Shown piece after piece: positions 17,342 through 26,640 of a stretch of DNA of 64,000 nt. The notes beneath the pieces were generated by a model, which did no database searches, had not been told where the DNA came from, and worked only from the letters and a program-made list of their open reading frames with translations. The DNA comes from an uncultured Clostridia bacterium (GTDB lineage: Bacteria > Bacillota > Clostridia > Oscillospirales > CAG-272). The first letter of the stretch is position 1, and each line of letters opens with the position of its first letter. Made by a program: the position numbers and the translations under genes. Location of the stretch: assembly GCA_947625805.1 (NCBI GenBank), contig CANQPT010000004.1:13829-77828 (forward strand), in the 5' to 3' direction.

Positions 17342-17684
17342 CTTCCTCAGTCGCCGTTTCGCCCGTTTCCGGCTCTTCCGTCACCTCTTCGGCGTCTTCT
17401 TTATCCCGCAAATCTACCCAGTTGTCGTCAAATACAAAGTCCTCGCCGTCCTCGCAGAATGCGTCCATTGCGGACAGGATCTTCTGCTCGCGCTCCATTT
17501 CCTTCGCATTCCGGTAGACAAGGAACGCGCCGCTCAAACCGCCTGCGGCTCCGATCGCAAGAAACGTACCCGCCAGCGAACGCTTCTTGCGCCATAGGGC
17601 AAAGAAAAACACAACAAACATGACCGACTGTGCAAGCAAGGCAAGCCCGATATAAAATTTGGTTTTTTTAATGGTTTCTTTCAT
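17334..17684 (-). CDS. Small membrane protein with two TM segments and a strongly acidic C-terminal tail
   Basis: The TM segments are FYIGLALLAQSVMFVVFFFALW and LAGTFLAIGAAGGLSGAFLVY. The tail ends EDAEEVTEEPETGETATEEDA. Confidence 0.5.
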   Translation of the reverse strand: MKETIKKTKFYIGLALLAQSVMFVVFFFALWRKKRSLAGTFLAIGAAGGLSGAFLVYRNAKEMEREQKILSAMDAFCEDGEDFVFDDNWVDLRDKEDAEEVTEEPETGETATEEDA

Positions 17685-17698
17685 GATGGTTTTCCTCC

Positions 17699-18802
17699 TT
17701 AAGCGTTCGCTTTTAGATATGCGTTGATAAATCCGTCGATCTCCCCGTCCATGACCGCCTGGATATTGCCATCCTCATAGCCGGTGCGGGTGTCTTTTGC
17801 AAGCGTATACGGCATAAATACATAAGAACGGATCTGTGCGCCCCACTCGATATTTGTCTTGACCCCTTGAATATCCTCGATTTTTTCGAGTTTTTCCCTG
17901 GCCTTGATCTCCATCAACTTGCTGCGCAGCATTTTCATTGCCGTTTCTTTATTCTGCAACTGACTTCTTTCGGTCTGACAACCGACGATAATTCCGGTGG
18001 GAATATGCAGAATGCGGATGGCCGAGTCGGTCTTATTGATATGCTGACCGCCCGCACCGCTGGATCGGTGGGCAGTCACCTCGATGTCCTCTGGTCGGAT
18101 CTCCACCGAGCCATCGTCCTCAAACTCAGGCATGACCTCAACCGATGCAAAGGAGGTATGGCGTCTGCCGGATGAGTCAAAGGGCGATACTCGCACCAGA
18201 CGGTGCACGCCGTTCTCGCTTTTGAGATAACCGTAGGCGTTCTCGCCCTCGATCATCAGCGTAGCGCTTTTCAGGCCCGCTTCTTCGCCGTCCAGCCAGT
18301 CGATCAGCTTGGCGGTATAGCCGTGCTTTTCCGCCCAGCGGTTGTACATACGGTAAAGCATCATCGCCCAGTCCTGTGCCTCCGTTCCGCCCGCACCCGG
18401 GTGGAAAGAGAGGATCGCGTTGTTGGCGTCGTACTCGCCTGAAAGCAGGACCTCAATTTTTTGCTTTTCCTTTTCGTCGTCGATGGCCTTGACCTCGCCG
18501 ATCACCTCATCGCTCAGTTGCGCGTCACCCTCCTCAAGGGCCATCTCGCAAAGTACCTGCGCATCTTCCAATCGGGAGCACAGCGCATCGTAGCGTGAGA
18601 TTTTGCCCTTTAAGACTTTGAGTTTTTGCAGGATCGGTCCGCTCTTGGTCTGATCCGCCCAGAAATCGGGAGCCGAGGTCGTCTGCTCAAGGGATGCGGC
18701 TTCAGACCGGATCTGATCGATCTTGAGCGCCGAGCCGAGTTCGGTTATATCTTCTTCCAATGAGGCAAGCTGACGCTTGGCCTCTTCTAGTGCAATGTTC
18801 AA
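17699..18802 (-). CDS. prfB: Peptide chain release factor 2, single uninterrupted frame with a TTG start
   Basis: SPF (VRVSPFDS) and GGQ (SGAGGQHINK) motifs. GGAGGG sits 7 nt upstream of the TTG. Confidence 0.9.
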   Translation of the reverse strand: MNIALEEAKRQLASLEEDITELGSALKIDQIRSEAASLEQTTSAPDFWADQTKSGPILQKLKVLKGKISRYDALCSRLEDAQVLCEMALEEGDAQLSDEVIGEVKAIDDEKEKQKIEVLLSGEYDANNAILSFHPGAGGTEAQDWAMMLYRMYNRWAEKHGYTAKLIDWLDGEEAGLKSATLMIEGENAYGYLKSENGVHRLVRVSPFDSSGRRHTSFASVEVMPEFEDDGSVEIRPEDIEVTAHRSSGAGGQHINKTDSAIRILHIPTGIIVGCQTERSQLQNKETAMKMLRSKLMEIKAREKLEKIEDIQGVKTNIEWGAQIRSYVFMPYTLAKDTRTGYEDGNIQAVMDGEIDGFINAYLKANA

Positions 18803-18844
18803 TACACCCTCCGGTTTATATACAAAAATATCCTATTTGATATA

Positions 18845-19639
18845 TTATATCACATTCACGCTTTGATGTAAACATCCATGATCGATTTTTTCGCCGCAAA
18901 CACGAATGGGATTGCTGTTGAAAATATCTGCGGAAATCCCCAACCGTCCGAGGGCGGCGGCAAGCACTTTGCACACCGGCTGTTCGGTAAAGAAATGCCC
19001 TGCCTGCACCACATTCATTCCGCTATATGCCGCATCCACCATTGTATTATAGTTCATCGCGCCGGTTAAATATGTGTCGGCGCCGACAGCCAGTGCGTCC
19101 GGATAATGGTCTTTGCCGTCCCCGCCGACCACGGCGACTCGGCTGACCTGCCGATCGCCGACATAATCAACCGTCTCACAACCGAGGGATTTTTTCACAA
19201 ACACGGCAAACTCATGCAACGACATCGGTTCGGGCAATCTGCCGATCCGGCCGATTTCCGGAAGCGATTCGACCTCTGTCAGCCCGATTGCGGCAACAAG
19301 GGCATCGTTTACCCCGCCCTGCACCGCGTCCAGTCGGGTGTGAAAGGTCATGACCGAGATCCCCTGACGGATGCATTCGGCAACCGAACGGGACACCGGG
19401 GTCGTGCCGTCAAGGGCATTCAGCGGATGAAAGATCAGCGGGTGGTGGGTCACGATCAGGTCGTATCCGCCCTCGATCGCACGCGCAACCGTCGCCTCGC
19501 TCGGATCCAGCGCCACAAGTGCACGCCGGATTGCCCTCTCCGGATCCGCAAGCACTTGTAAGCCGTCGTTGTCCCAGTCGCAGGAAAGCGCGGGAGAATA
19601 AGCCTCGTTTAACACCTGATATACTTCTTTGACATTCAT
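18845..19639 (-). CDS. Nif3-family dinuclear metal-centre protein (YqfO-like)
   Basis: DNDGLQV ... LIVTHHPLIFHPL ... TGAMNYNT. It has the conserved pairing with trmK. Confidence 0.85.
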   Translation of the reverse strand: MNVKEVYQVLNEAYSPALSCDWDNDGLQVLADPERAIRRALVALDPSEATVARAIEGGYDLIVTHHPLIFHPLNALDGTTPVSRSVAECIRQGISVMTFHTRLDAVQGGVNDALVAAIGLTEVESLPEIGRIGRLPEPMSLHEFAVFVKKSLGCETVDYVGDRQVSRVAVVGGDGKDHYPDALAVGADTYLTGAMNYNTMVDAAYSGMNVVQAGHFFTEQPVCKVLAAALGRLGISADIFNSNPIRVCGEKIDHGCLHQSVNVI

Positions 19640-20322
19640 AGCAGTTCCTCTAACTGAGCGATCAGTTCCCGTTCGTCTGCGGCATCACGGCCTGCGCCTT
19701 GTTTTGCGTCCGTGCGTGCGGTCAGCGTGCGAATTGTTTTCTGTACAAGCGCGGCATAAGCGCTGTCGCCTTCTTGCCTTTTGCCGATCAGCGCCTCAGC
19801 TCGGGTATATGGCGTATTCCTACCGGTCTGCTCGGCGGCAAACACCTGATAGATTCGTTCTCCCTCGTACACCGCTCGCTCGTCGGTCGTGCGATACCCG
19901 TGTTCCCACAGATATGCGCGCAGACGTTCGGGCTTGGTCATCGGCTGTAAAATCAGGCGCGCATTCGCCCGGATACGGTCGCGTCCTTCCTTGAGAATCG
20001 ATGCGATCATCTCCCCGCCCATACCGGCGATCACGATATCGTCGCAGTCCGCAAATTCCGTGCTTTGCAGACCGGGTACGCACAAAACCGTGATTTTCTC
20101 TGATAATCCATGTTCGGCAACATTGCGCCGGGCACGTTCAACGGGACCGTGATGGATGTCCGATGCAAACGCACGCCCGCATCTTCCGCTCTCTACCAGC
20201 GCAATCGGTATGTAGGCGTGATCTGTGCCGATATCCGCGACCGTTCGCCCGTACACAAGGTCAGCGCAGGCTGTCAGACGTTTATCCAAATGCATGATTT
20301 GAACAAACAGCGGAGTCTGCAC
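19636..20322 (-). CDS. trmK: tRNA (adenine22-N1)-methyltransferase TrmK-like
   Basis: LDKRLTACADLVYGRTVADIGTDHAYIPIAL. It overlaps nif3 by 4 nt. Confidence 0.8.
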   Translation of the reverse strand: MQTPLFVQIMHLDKRLTACADLVYGRTVADIGTDHAYIPIALVESGRCGRAFASDIHHGPVERARRNVAEHGLSEKITVLCVPGLQSTEFADCDDIVIAGMGGEMIASILKEGRDRIRANARLILQPMTKPERLRAYLWEHGYRTTDERAVYEGERIYQVFAAEQTGRNTPYTRAEALIGKRQEGDSAYAALVQKTIRTLTARTDAKQGAGRDAADERELIAQLEELL

Positions 20323-20336
20323 TCCGCTGTTCTCCC

Positions 20337-20534
20337 TTATTTGGAAAGATATGCATTCAGCTTGTCCACCAACTCGTCCGCGTCGGTGCCGTGCACCTCA
20401 CAAGCCTCTCCAATGCTTTCTCCGCGGGAGGACGGGCAACCGAGACAATGCATTCCGATCTCAAAGAAGAACTCAGCTGTGCCGGCGTCAAAGTCCAGTA
20501 CGTCGCCGATAATGGATTCTTTTGTTACAACCAT
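20337..20534 (-). CDS. DUF1858 / hybrid-cluster-protein-associated redox disulfide domain protein
   Basis: FFFEIGMHCLGCPSSRGESIGEAC motif. Confidence 0.7.
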   Translation of the reverse strand: MVVTKESIIGDVLDFDAGTAEFFFEIGMHCLGCPSSRGESIGEACEVHGTDADELVDKLNAYLSK

Positions 20535-20605
20535 TTTCTGATACCTCCATACAATATATTTTTATTTATTATATCCGATTATTCAGGAAAAGTCAACCAA
20601 AACTA

Positions 20606-20634
20606 TTGAGTATTTTTTCATAGTATGATATACT
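20606..20634 (+). promoter_or_regulatory. Candidate promoter for the HIT gene and GH31 cluster
   Basis: TTGAGT-17 nt-TATACT with an upstream TG. Confidence 0.5.
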
Positions 20635-20663
20635 TTTGTTATCCAGATACCCGGAGGACAAGA

Positions 20664-21002
20664 ATGGACTGTTTATTCTGCAAAATCGCGGCGGGAGAGA
20701 TCCCGTCGACCAAGGTGTACGAGGACGAGTTGATTTTCGCTTTCCGCGACATCGCGCCGCAAGCGCCGGTGCACACCCTGGTCATTCCCAAGCGGCATAT
20801 CGCCTGCGCTGACGAGATCGATGATACAAACAGCGCACTGATCGCTCGTATTTTTGAAAAAATCCCGCAAATCGCAAAAAGCGAGGGGGTCACAAACGGC
20901 TACCGCATTATTTCCAACTGCGGCGCCGACGCGGCACAAAGCGTACCGCACTTACATTTTCATATTCTCGGCGGGAAGCCGATGACTGAAACAATGTGTT
21001 AA
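20664..21002 (+). CDS. HIT-family (histidine triad) nucleotide hydrolase
   Basis: CLFCKIAAGEIPS ... VPHLHFHILGG. GGAGGA lies upstream of the ATG at 20664. Confidence 0.85.
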   Translation: MDCLFCKIAAGEIPSTKVYEDELIFAFRDIAPQAPVHTLVIPKRHIACADEIDDTNSALIARIFEKIPQIAKSEGVTNGYRIISNCGADAAQSVPHLHFHILGGKPMTETMC

Positions 21003-21016
21003 AAGGAGAGAACATA

Positions 21017-22534
21017 ATGGAAATCAAAATTTTAGAAAACGAGCTTTGGTTCGGTCCGGAGGTCGGCAACGGTCTTGACTATCCAATGAGCGCCCAAAGC
21101 GAAAAAACCATCAATTTGGAAAAGGCCTCCTGCGGCAACCAGACCCAACCGCTTCTTCTGTCCACCGAGGGCAGATATGTATATGCGCACAAGGGCTTTT
21201 GTGCGGTTTTCTCGGGCGGCACACTGACCCTGACCAGCACGCATGATACCATTGATTTTTCGGAAGGACACGGCAATCTGCGCGGCGCGTTCCTCGCGGC
21301 GGCGGGCAAGCATTTCCCCGCAAACGGCGTACTGCCGCCTGAGGACTTTTTCACCAGCCCCCAGTTCAACACCTGGATCGAACTGATCTACGATCAAAAT
21401 CAGAAAGATATCTTGAACTACGCCCGTGCGGCAGTCCGTGAGGGCTTCAAGCCGGGAATTTTAATGATCGACGATCTTTGGAGCAACTACTACGGCAAAT
21501 GGGACTTTGACCGGGCAAAATTCCCGGATCCCAAGGCCATGATGGACGAGTTGCACGAGTTAGGATTCAAAGTGATCCTGTGGATCTGCCCGTTTGTGTC
21601 CATGGACAGCGCGGAATACCGCGATCTTTCCGGCAAGGGTGCGCTTGTGCGCAGCGAGAACGGCGATCCCGCCCATATTTACTGGTGGAACGGAATCTCC
21701 GCCGTGCTTGATTTCAGCAATCCGGTCGACGAGCAGTGGTTTACCGAGCAGACCCGGCGTTTGGTCAACGATTACGGCGTGGACGGCTTTAAGTTTGACG
21801 CAGGCGACGCCGTCTACTATTCCGAAAACCACAAGACCGCCCACCCGGTTCTGCCGGTCGAACAGACCGAACTGTGGGCAAAATTCGGTCTCAAATACCC
21901 CTACAACGAGTATCGTGCCTGCTACGCCTGCGCGGGACTTCCGCTGGTACAGCGTCTTTGTGACAAAGGACATCGGTGGGAACGCGGCGGCCTTGCCGAG
22001 ATCATCCCCAACTCGGTCATGCAGGGTATGCTCGGTTATCAGTATGGCTGTCCCGACATGGTGGGCGGAGGCTCTTTTGCCGACTTCTTACCGGGTGCGG
22101 TAAACTTTGACTCCGAGTTGTTCCTGCGCTATACCGCAGCCTCCGCACTGCTCCCCATGATCCAGTTCTCCGCCGCTCCCTGGCGGGTATTATGCAAAGA
22201 GGACTACGCCTGCGTCAAGGCTTTGATGGCACAGCGGGAGAAATACCTGCCCGAGATTATGGATCTGGTGCGGCAGTCGGCGCTTACCGGCGAGAGCGCA
22301 GTGCGCCATATGGAATACGTCTTCCCGCACGAGGGTCTTTCCGACGTTAAGGATCAATTTATGTTGGGTGATACCATTCTGGTCGCTCCCTGTATCCAAA
22401 AGGGCAAGACCGAGCGCGAGGTGCGCCTGCCTGCCGGCGTCTGGAAAGCCGAGGACGGCACGCTCTACGAGGGCGAAAAGACGGTCACCGTGCCCGCACC
22501 GTTTGATCGTGTACCGGTATTCAGAAAAGCATAA
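21017..22534 (+). CDS. GH31-like glycoside hydrolase, paralog 1 (505 aa, no signal peptide)
   Basis: GVDGFKFDAGD resembles the GH31 nucleophile region (compare the KTDFGE type). It also has CPDMVGGG and a C-terminal LPAGxW...PxPFDRVPVF beta-sandwich signature. The RBS is AAGGAGAG. Confidence 0.8.
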   Translation: MEIKILENELWFGPEVGNGLDYPMSAQSEKTINLEKASCGNQTQPLLLSTEGRYVYAHKGFCAVFSGGTLTLTSTHDTIDFSEGHGNLRGAFLAAAGKHFPANGVLPPEDFFTSPQFNTWIELIYDQNQKDILNYARAAVREGFKPGILMIDDLWSNYYGKWDFDRAKFPDPKAMMDELHELGFKVILWICPFVSMDSAEYRDLSGKGALVRSENGDPAHIYWWNGISAVLDFSNPVDEQWFTEQTRRLVNDYGVDGFKFDAGDAVYYSENHKTAHPVLPVEQTELWAKFGLKYPYNEYRACYACAGLPLVQRLCDKGHRWERGGLAEIIPNSVMQGMLGYQYGCPDMVGGGSFADFLPGAVNFDSELFLRYTAASALLPMIQFSAAPWRVLCKEDYACVKALMAQREKYLPEIMDLVRQSALTGESAVRHMEYVFPHEGLSDVKDQFMLGDTILVAPCIQKGKTEREVRLPAGVWKAEDGTLYEGEKTVTVPAPFDRVPVFRKA

Positions 22535-22553
22535 TCAGGAAAAAGGATGCTTT

Positions 22554-24068
22554 ATGGAAATTCAAATTTTAGAAAACGAGCAGTGGTTCGGACCGGAAGC
22601 ACGATTCGGTCTTGACTACCCGATGGACGCGCAAAGCGAAAAGACCGTTGACCTTGAAAAGACAGACTGCATCAATCAGGTCGCGCCGCTTCTTTTGTCC
22701 ACCGAGGGAAGATATGTGTACGCCCACAGGGGCTTTTGCGCGGTCTTCGCGCACGGAAAGCTGACCGTAACCAGCGCACACGACGAGATTGACTTCTCGG
22801 AAGGGTTCGGCAGTCTGCGCGGTGCGTTCCTCGCAGCGGCGGGCAAGCATTTCCCCGCAAACGGCGTACTGCCGCCCGAGGAGTTTTTTGTCAGCCCCCA
22901 GTTCAACACCTGGATCGAGTTGTATTTCAATCAAAATCAAAAGGACATTCTGGCATATGCTCACAGAGTAGTTGCAGAAGGCTTCAAACCGGGAATTTTA
23001 ATGATCGACGATCTTTGGAGCAACTACTACGGCAAGTGGGACTTCGACCGGGCAAAATTCCCCGATCCCAAAGTCATGATGGACGAGCTGCACGCCCTTG
23101 GCTTCAAGGTCATTCTGTGGCTCTGCCCGTTTATATCCCTTGACAGCGCGGAATATAGGGAACTGTCCGGCAAAGGCGGGCTTGTGCGCAACGAGAGCGG
23201 CGATCCCTGTCACATTTTCTGGTGGAACGGGATCTCTGCGGAATTAGATATGACCAATCCGATTGACGTGCAATGGCTGACCGATCAGACCGAACGCTTA
23301 ATCAAAGATTACGGTGTGGACGGATTCAAGTTTGACGCGGGAGACGCGACCTTCTATTCCGAAGACCAAAAAACCGCCCGCCCGGTATTGCCGTACGAGC
23401 AGACCGAACTGTGGGCGCAATTCGCGCTGAACTTCCCCTACAACGAGCTGCGCGCCTGCTATGCCTGCGCGGGACTTCCGCTGGTACAGCGACTGCGTGA
23501 CAAATGCCACCGATGGGAGCGCGGCGGTCTTGCCGAGATCATTCCAAATTCCATCATGCAGGGGCTTCTCGGCTATCAGTACGGCTGTCCCGACATGGTG
23601 GGCGGAGGATTCGCGCACGAGTTTGTGCCCGGCGCACCCTTTGACTCCGAGTTGTTTTTGCGCTATACCGCTGCCTCCGCACTGCTCCCCATGATCCAGT
23701 TTTCCGCCGCTCCCTGGCGGGTATTACACGCAGAAGAGCTTGCCTGCGTCAAGGCTTTGATGGCACAGCGGGAGGAATACCTGCCCGAGATTATGGATCT
23801 GGTGCGGCAGTCGGCTGTTACCGGCGAGAGCGCGGTGCGCCATATGGAATATGTCTTCCCGCACGAGGGTCTTTCCGACGTTAAGGATCAATTCATGCTG
23901 GGCGACACGATTCTGGTCGCTCCCTGCATCCAAAAGGGCAAGACCGAGCGTGAGGTACGCCTGCCGGCCGGCGTCTGGAAGGCCGAGGACGGCACGGTGT
24001 ACGAGGGCGGAAAAACCGTCACCGTGCCCGCACCGTTTGATCGGGTTCCGGTACTGCGAAAGGGATAA
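22554..24068 (+). CDS. GH31-like glycoside hydrolase, paralog 2 (504 aa)
   Basis: Starts MEIQILENEQWFGPE. The track ORF start at 22368 is an out-of-context extension through the 3' end of paralog 1. Confidence 0.8.
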   Translation: MEIQILENEQWFGPEARFGLDYPMDAQSEKTVDLEKTDCINQVAPLLLSTEGRYVYAHRGFCAVFAHGKLTVTSAHDEIDFSEGFGSLRGAFLAAAGKHFPANGVLPPEEFFVSPQFNTWIELYFNQNQKDILAYAHRVVAEGFKPGILMIDDLWSNYYGKWDFDRAKFPDPKVMMDELHALGFKVILWLCPFISLDSAEYRELSGKGGLVRNESGDPCHIFWWNGISAELDMTNPIDVQWLTDQTERLIKDYGVDGFKFDAGDATFYSEDQKTARPVLPYEQTELWAQFALNFPYNELRACYACAGLPLVQRLRDKCHRWERGGLAEIIPNSIMQGLLGYQYGCPDMVGGGFAHEFVPGAPFDSELFLRYTAASALLPMIQFSAAPWRVLHAEELACVKALMAQREEYLPEIMDLVRQSAVTGESAVRHMEYVFPHEGLSDVKDQFMLGDTILVAPCIQKGKTEREVRLPAGVWKAEDGTVYEGGKTVTVPAPFDRVPVLRKG

Positions 24069-24072
24069 AATT

Positions 24073-25590
24073 GTGGATATTCGCATTTTAGAAAATGAAC
24101 GCTGGTTTGGTCCCGAGGTCGCGCACGCGCTCGATTATCCGATGGACGTGTCAAGCGAAGTGACCATTGACCTGAGCCTTCCTGATTGTGTCAACCAGAC
24201 CCAACCGCTTCTGCTCTCCACCGAAGGCAGATATGTGTATGCACACAAGGGGTTCCGCGCGTCCTTTTCTCAAGGAATGCTGTCGATTACCGACGCACAT
24301 GAAGAGATCGACTTTTCGGAAGGGTTCGGCAGTCTGCGCGGCGCGTTCCTCGCAGCGGCGGGCAAGCATTTCCCCGCAAACGGCGTACTGCCGCCCGAGG
24401 AGTTTTTTGTCAGCCCCCAGTTCAACACATGGATCGAGCTCATCTACAACCAAAATCAGACGGATATTCTGAACTACGCCCGCACGGCAGTCCGTGAGGG
24501 CTTCAAGCCGGGGGTCCTGATGATCGACGATCTGTGGAGCAACTATTACGGCAAGTGGGACTTTGACCGGGCAAAATTTCCGGATCCCAAAGCTATGATC
24601 GACGAGCTGCACGCCCTTGGCTTCAAGGTCATTCTGTGGCTCTGCCCGTTTGTATCCCTCGACAGCGCGGAATACAGAGCTCTGTCCGCCAAAGGCGCGT
24701 TTGTTTGCACAGAGAGCGGAGATCCTTGCCGCATCGGTTGGTGGAACGGCGTATCCGCGATGCTGGACCTCTCCAATCCCGTGGACGAACAGTGGTTGAC
24801 CGATCAAACCGACCGGCTGATCCGGGCATATGGGGTAGACGGATTTAAGTTCGACGCGGGGGAAGCGCGACGCTATACTCCTGACCAAAAAACCGCCCGC
24901 CCGGTACTGCCGGTCGAGCAGACTGAACTGTGGGCGAAATTCGGCCTCAAATACCCCTATAATGAATACCGTGCCTGCTACGCCTGCGCGGGACTTCCGC
25001 TGGTGCAGCGCCTCTGCGACAAAAACCACTTATGGGGCAGAGCGGGCTTGGCGGAGGTTGTCCCCAACTCGGTCATGCAGGGACTGTTAGGGTATCAATA
25101 TTGCTGTCCCGACATGGTGGGCGGCGGTTACTATGCCGACTTCTTACCGGGTGCGGCAGGTTTTGACCCCGAGCTGTTCCTGCGCTATACCGCAGCCTCC
25201 GCACTGCTCCCCATGATCCAGTTCTCCGCCGCTCCATGGCGGGTGTTATGCACAGAGGACTACGCATGCGTCAAGGCTTTGATGGCACAGCGGGAGGAAT
25301 ACCTGCCCGAGATTATGGATCTGGTGCGGCAGTCGGCTGTTACCGGCGAGAGCGCGGTGCGCCATATGGAATACGTCTTCCCGCACGAGGGTCTTTCCGA
25401 CGTTAAGGATCAGTTTATGTTAGGTGATACCATTCTGGTCGCTCCCTGTATCCAAAAAGGCAAGACCGAGCGCGAGGTGCGCCTGCCGGCAGGCGCATGG
25501 AAAGCCGAGGACGGCACGCTCTACGAGGGCGGAAAGACGGTCACCGTGCCCGCGCCGTTTGACCGCGTGCCGGTGCTGCGGAGAATATAA
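24073..25590 (+). CDS. GH31-like glycoside hydrolase, paralog 3 (505 aa, GTG start)
   Basis: VDIRILENERWFGPE aligns with the N-termini of paralogs 1 and 2. The start lies 4 nt after the previous stop. Confidence 0.75.
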   Translation: MDIRILENERWFGPEVAHALDYPMDVSSEVTIDLSLPDCVNQTQPLLLSTEGRYVYAHKGFRASFSQGMLSITDAHEEIDFSEGFGSLRGAFLAAAGKHFPANGVLPPEEFFVSPQFNTWIELIYNQNQTDILNYARTAVREGFKPGVLMIDDLWSNYYGKWDFDRAKFPDPKAMIDELHALGFKVILWLCPFVSLDSAEYRALSAKGAFVCTESGDPCRIGWWNGVSAMLDLSNPVDEQWLTDQTDRLIRAYGVDGFKFDAGEARRYTPDQKTARPVLPVEQTELWAKFGLKYPYNEYRACYACAGLPLVQRLCDKNHLWGRAGLAEVVPNSVMQGLLGYQYCCPDMVGGGYYADFLPGAAGFDPELFLRYTAASALLPMIQFSAAPWRVLCTEDYACVKALMAQREEYLPEIMDLVRQSAVTGESAVRHMEYVFPHEGLSDVKDQFMLGDTILVAPCIQKGKTEREVRLPAGAWKAEDGTLYEGGKTVTVPAPFDRVPVLRRI

Positions 25591-25627
25591 TACAAAAGCG
25601 AGGCTTTACAAGCTTCGCTTTTGTATT
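25589..25627. terminator. Bidirectional terminator between GH31 paralog 3 and the convergent XRE-TPR regulator
   Basis: AATACAAAAGCGAGGCT-loop-AGCTTCGCTTTTGTATT (one mismatch). It overlaps the last codons of the regulator. Confidence 0.6.
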
Positions 25628-26421
25628 CTTCGGAGTTCTTTCATTTGATCGATTTCCCCTTGAAAGAATGTGATATATTTTGAATAGAGACTTATTTTCT
25701 CCTCACCCTCCAGTGCAGTGATCAGTGCTATGGCCCGCTCCAGTTCCCCGATTGCCTGCCCGATCTTGTCCTCCGACCGATAGTATTCCGCGATTTTCTG
25801 CATCATCTGCAATAAGATCTCGAAAGAGATCCATTTTTGCTTTTCTGCCGCCTCGTATTTCGGACGGCCGGATACCACAAATGCCAACTCAGATAATTTG
25901 GTAAAATAGATCTCGGGTATCTGTTCAAGTGCTGCGACAGCAGCATCTTTATCGCCTTTCTTGTCATACGCATAAGCCAAAAAACGCAGTGCATCGTACC
26001 GGATATCGAGCATAGCGGTCTTGTCGATCAATCTGCTTGCGACCTGAATACATTCATCGGAATCTTCCAGCACATACAGAAGATTGTTAAGCAAAATGTC
26101 GTTATCCGGATATTTTTGCAGTCCCTCTTCCAATATCCTGCGGCCTTCCCCGGGATCGCTTTCCCGAAACCGATATGCCCTGTCCGCATACTCTTCGATC
26201 TCCTTTTGCATTTCCCGCAGATGAAAGGAAAACAAATCGTCCGTGCTCACACCGAAGATCTGTGCCAGTTTGGGCACAAGTGTAATGTCCGGCAGAGCGA
26301 TATTGTTCTCCCATTTGCTGATCGCCTGAAAAGAAATACCGACCAAGTCAGCAAGTTGCTCCTGGGTCATGCCCCTTTCCTTACGCAATTCTTTGATCCT
26401 GTTTCCAATCAAAAAGTTCAT
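25606..26421 (-). CDS. XRE-family HTH transcriptional regulator with a C-terminal TPR domain (RRNPP-like architecture)
   Basis: IKELRKERGMTQEQLADLVGISFQAISKWENN, followed by TPR-like repeats. The start was set at MNFLIGN (26421) with GAGGTG upstream. Confidence 0.8.
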   Translation of the reverse strand: MNFLIGNRIKELRKERGMTQEQLADLVGISFQAISKWENNIALPDITLVPKLAQIFGVSTDDLFSFHLREMQKEIEEYADRAYRFRESDPGEGRRILEEGLQKYPDNDILLNNLLYVLEDSDECIQVASRLIDKTAMLDIRYDALRFLAYAYDKKGDKDAAVAALEQIPEIYFTKLSELAFVVSGRPKYEAAEKQKWISFEILLQMMQKIAEYYRSEDKIGQAIGELERAIALITALEGEEKISLYSKYITFFQGEIDQMKELRRIQKRSL

Positions 26422-26463
26422 TTGATTCACCTCAAAAATAAGTAAAAGCGCTTTTCTGATTGT

Positions 26464-26492
26464 ATTATATATTTCCCGGGTCATAAATGCAA
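26464..26492 (-). promoter_or_regulatory. Promoter of the XRE-TPR regulator
   Basis: On the minus strand, TTGCAT-17 nt-TATAAT. Confidence 0.55.
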
Positions 26493-26527
26493 TAACCGCG
26501 TAAACGAGCACATTCAACCGACAGTTG

Positions 26528-26551
26528 AAAAAGGACGCCCCGAAGGCGTCC
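26528..26551 (-). terminator. Terminator downstream of the mobC fragment
   Basis: On the minus strand, GGACGCCTTCGGGGCGTCC followed by TTTTT. Confidence 0.55.
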
Positions 26552-26640
26552 AATAAAACAAGTTCACAATGTTTTCAAAGTGCGGCATGATTTCGGTCAT
26601 GCCGCGCTTCCGTTTTGCTCACTGCGGCACACAGCTTCCG

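Noticed and set aside
17699-18802. Programmed +1 frameshift in prfB
   Set aside because: I looked for the usual short first ORF ending in CTT TGA. Here the whole RF2 (367 codons, starting at a TTG with GGAGGG upstream) is in one uninterrupted frame, so no frameshift site is needed.
22368-22553. N-terminal extensions of GH31 paralogs 2 and 3 in the ORF track (22368.. and 23851..)
   Set aside because: The extensions read through the 3' end of the preceding paralog in another frame and give Arg/Pro-rich nonsense. Each paralog has a homologous M/V-(E/D)-I-x-ILENE start with an RBS at 22554 and 24073 respectively.
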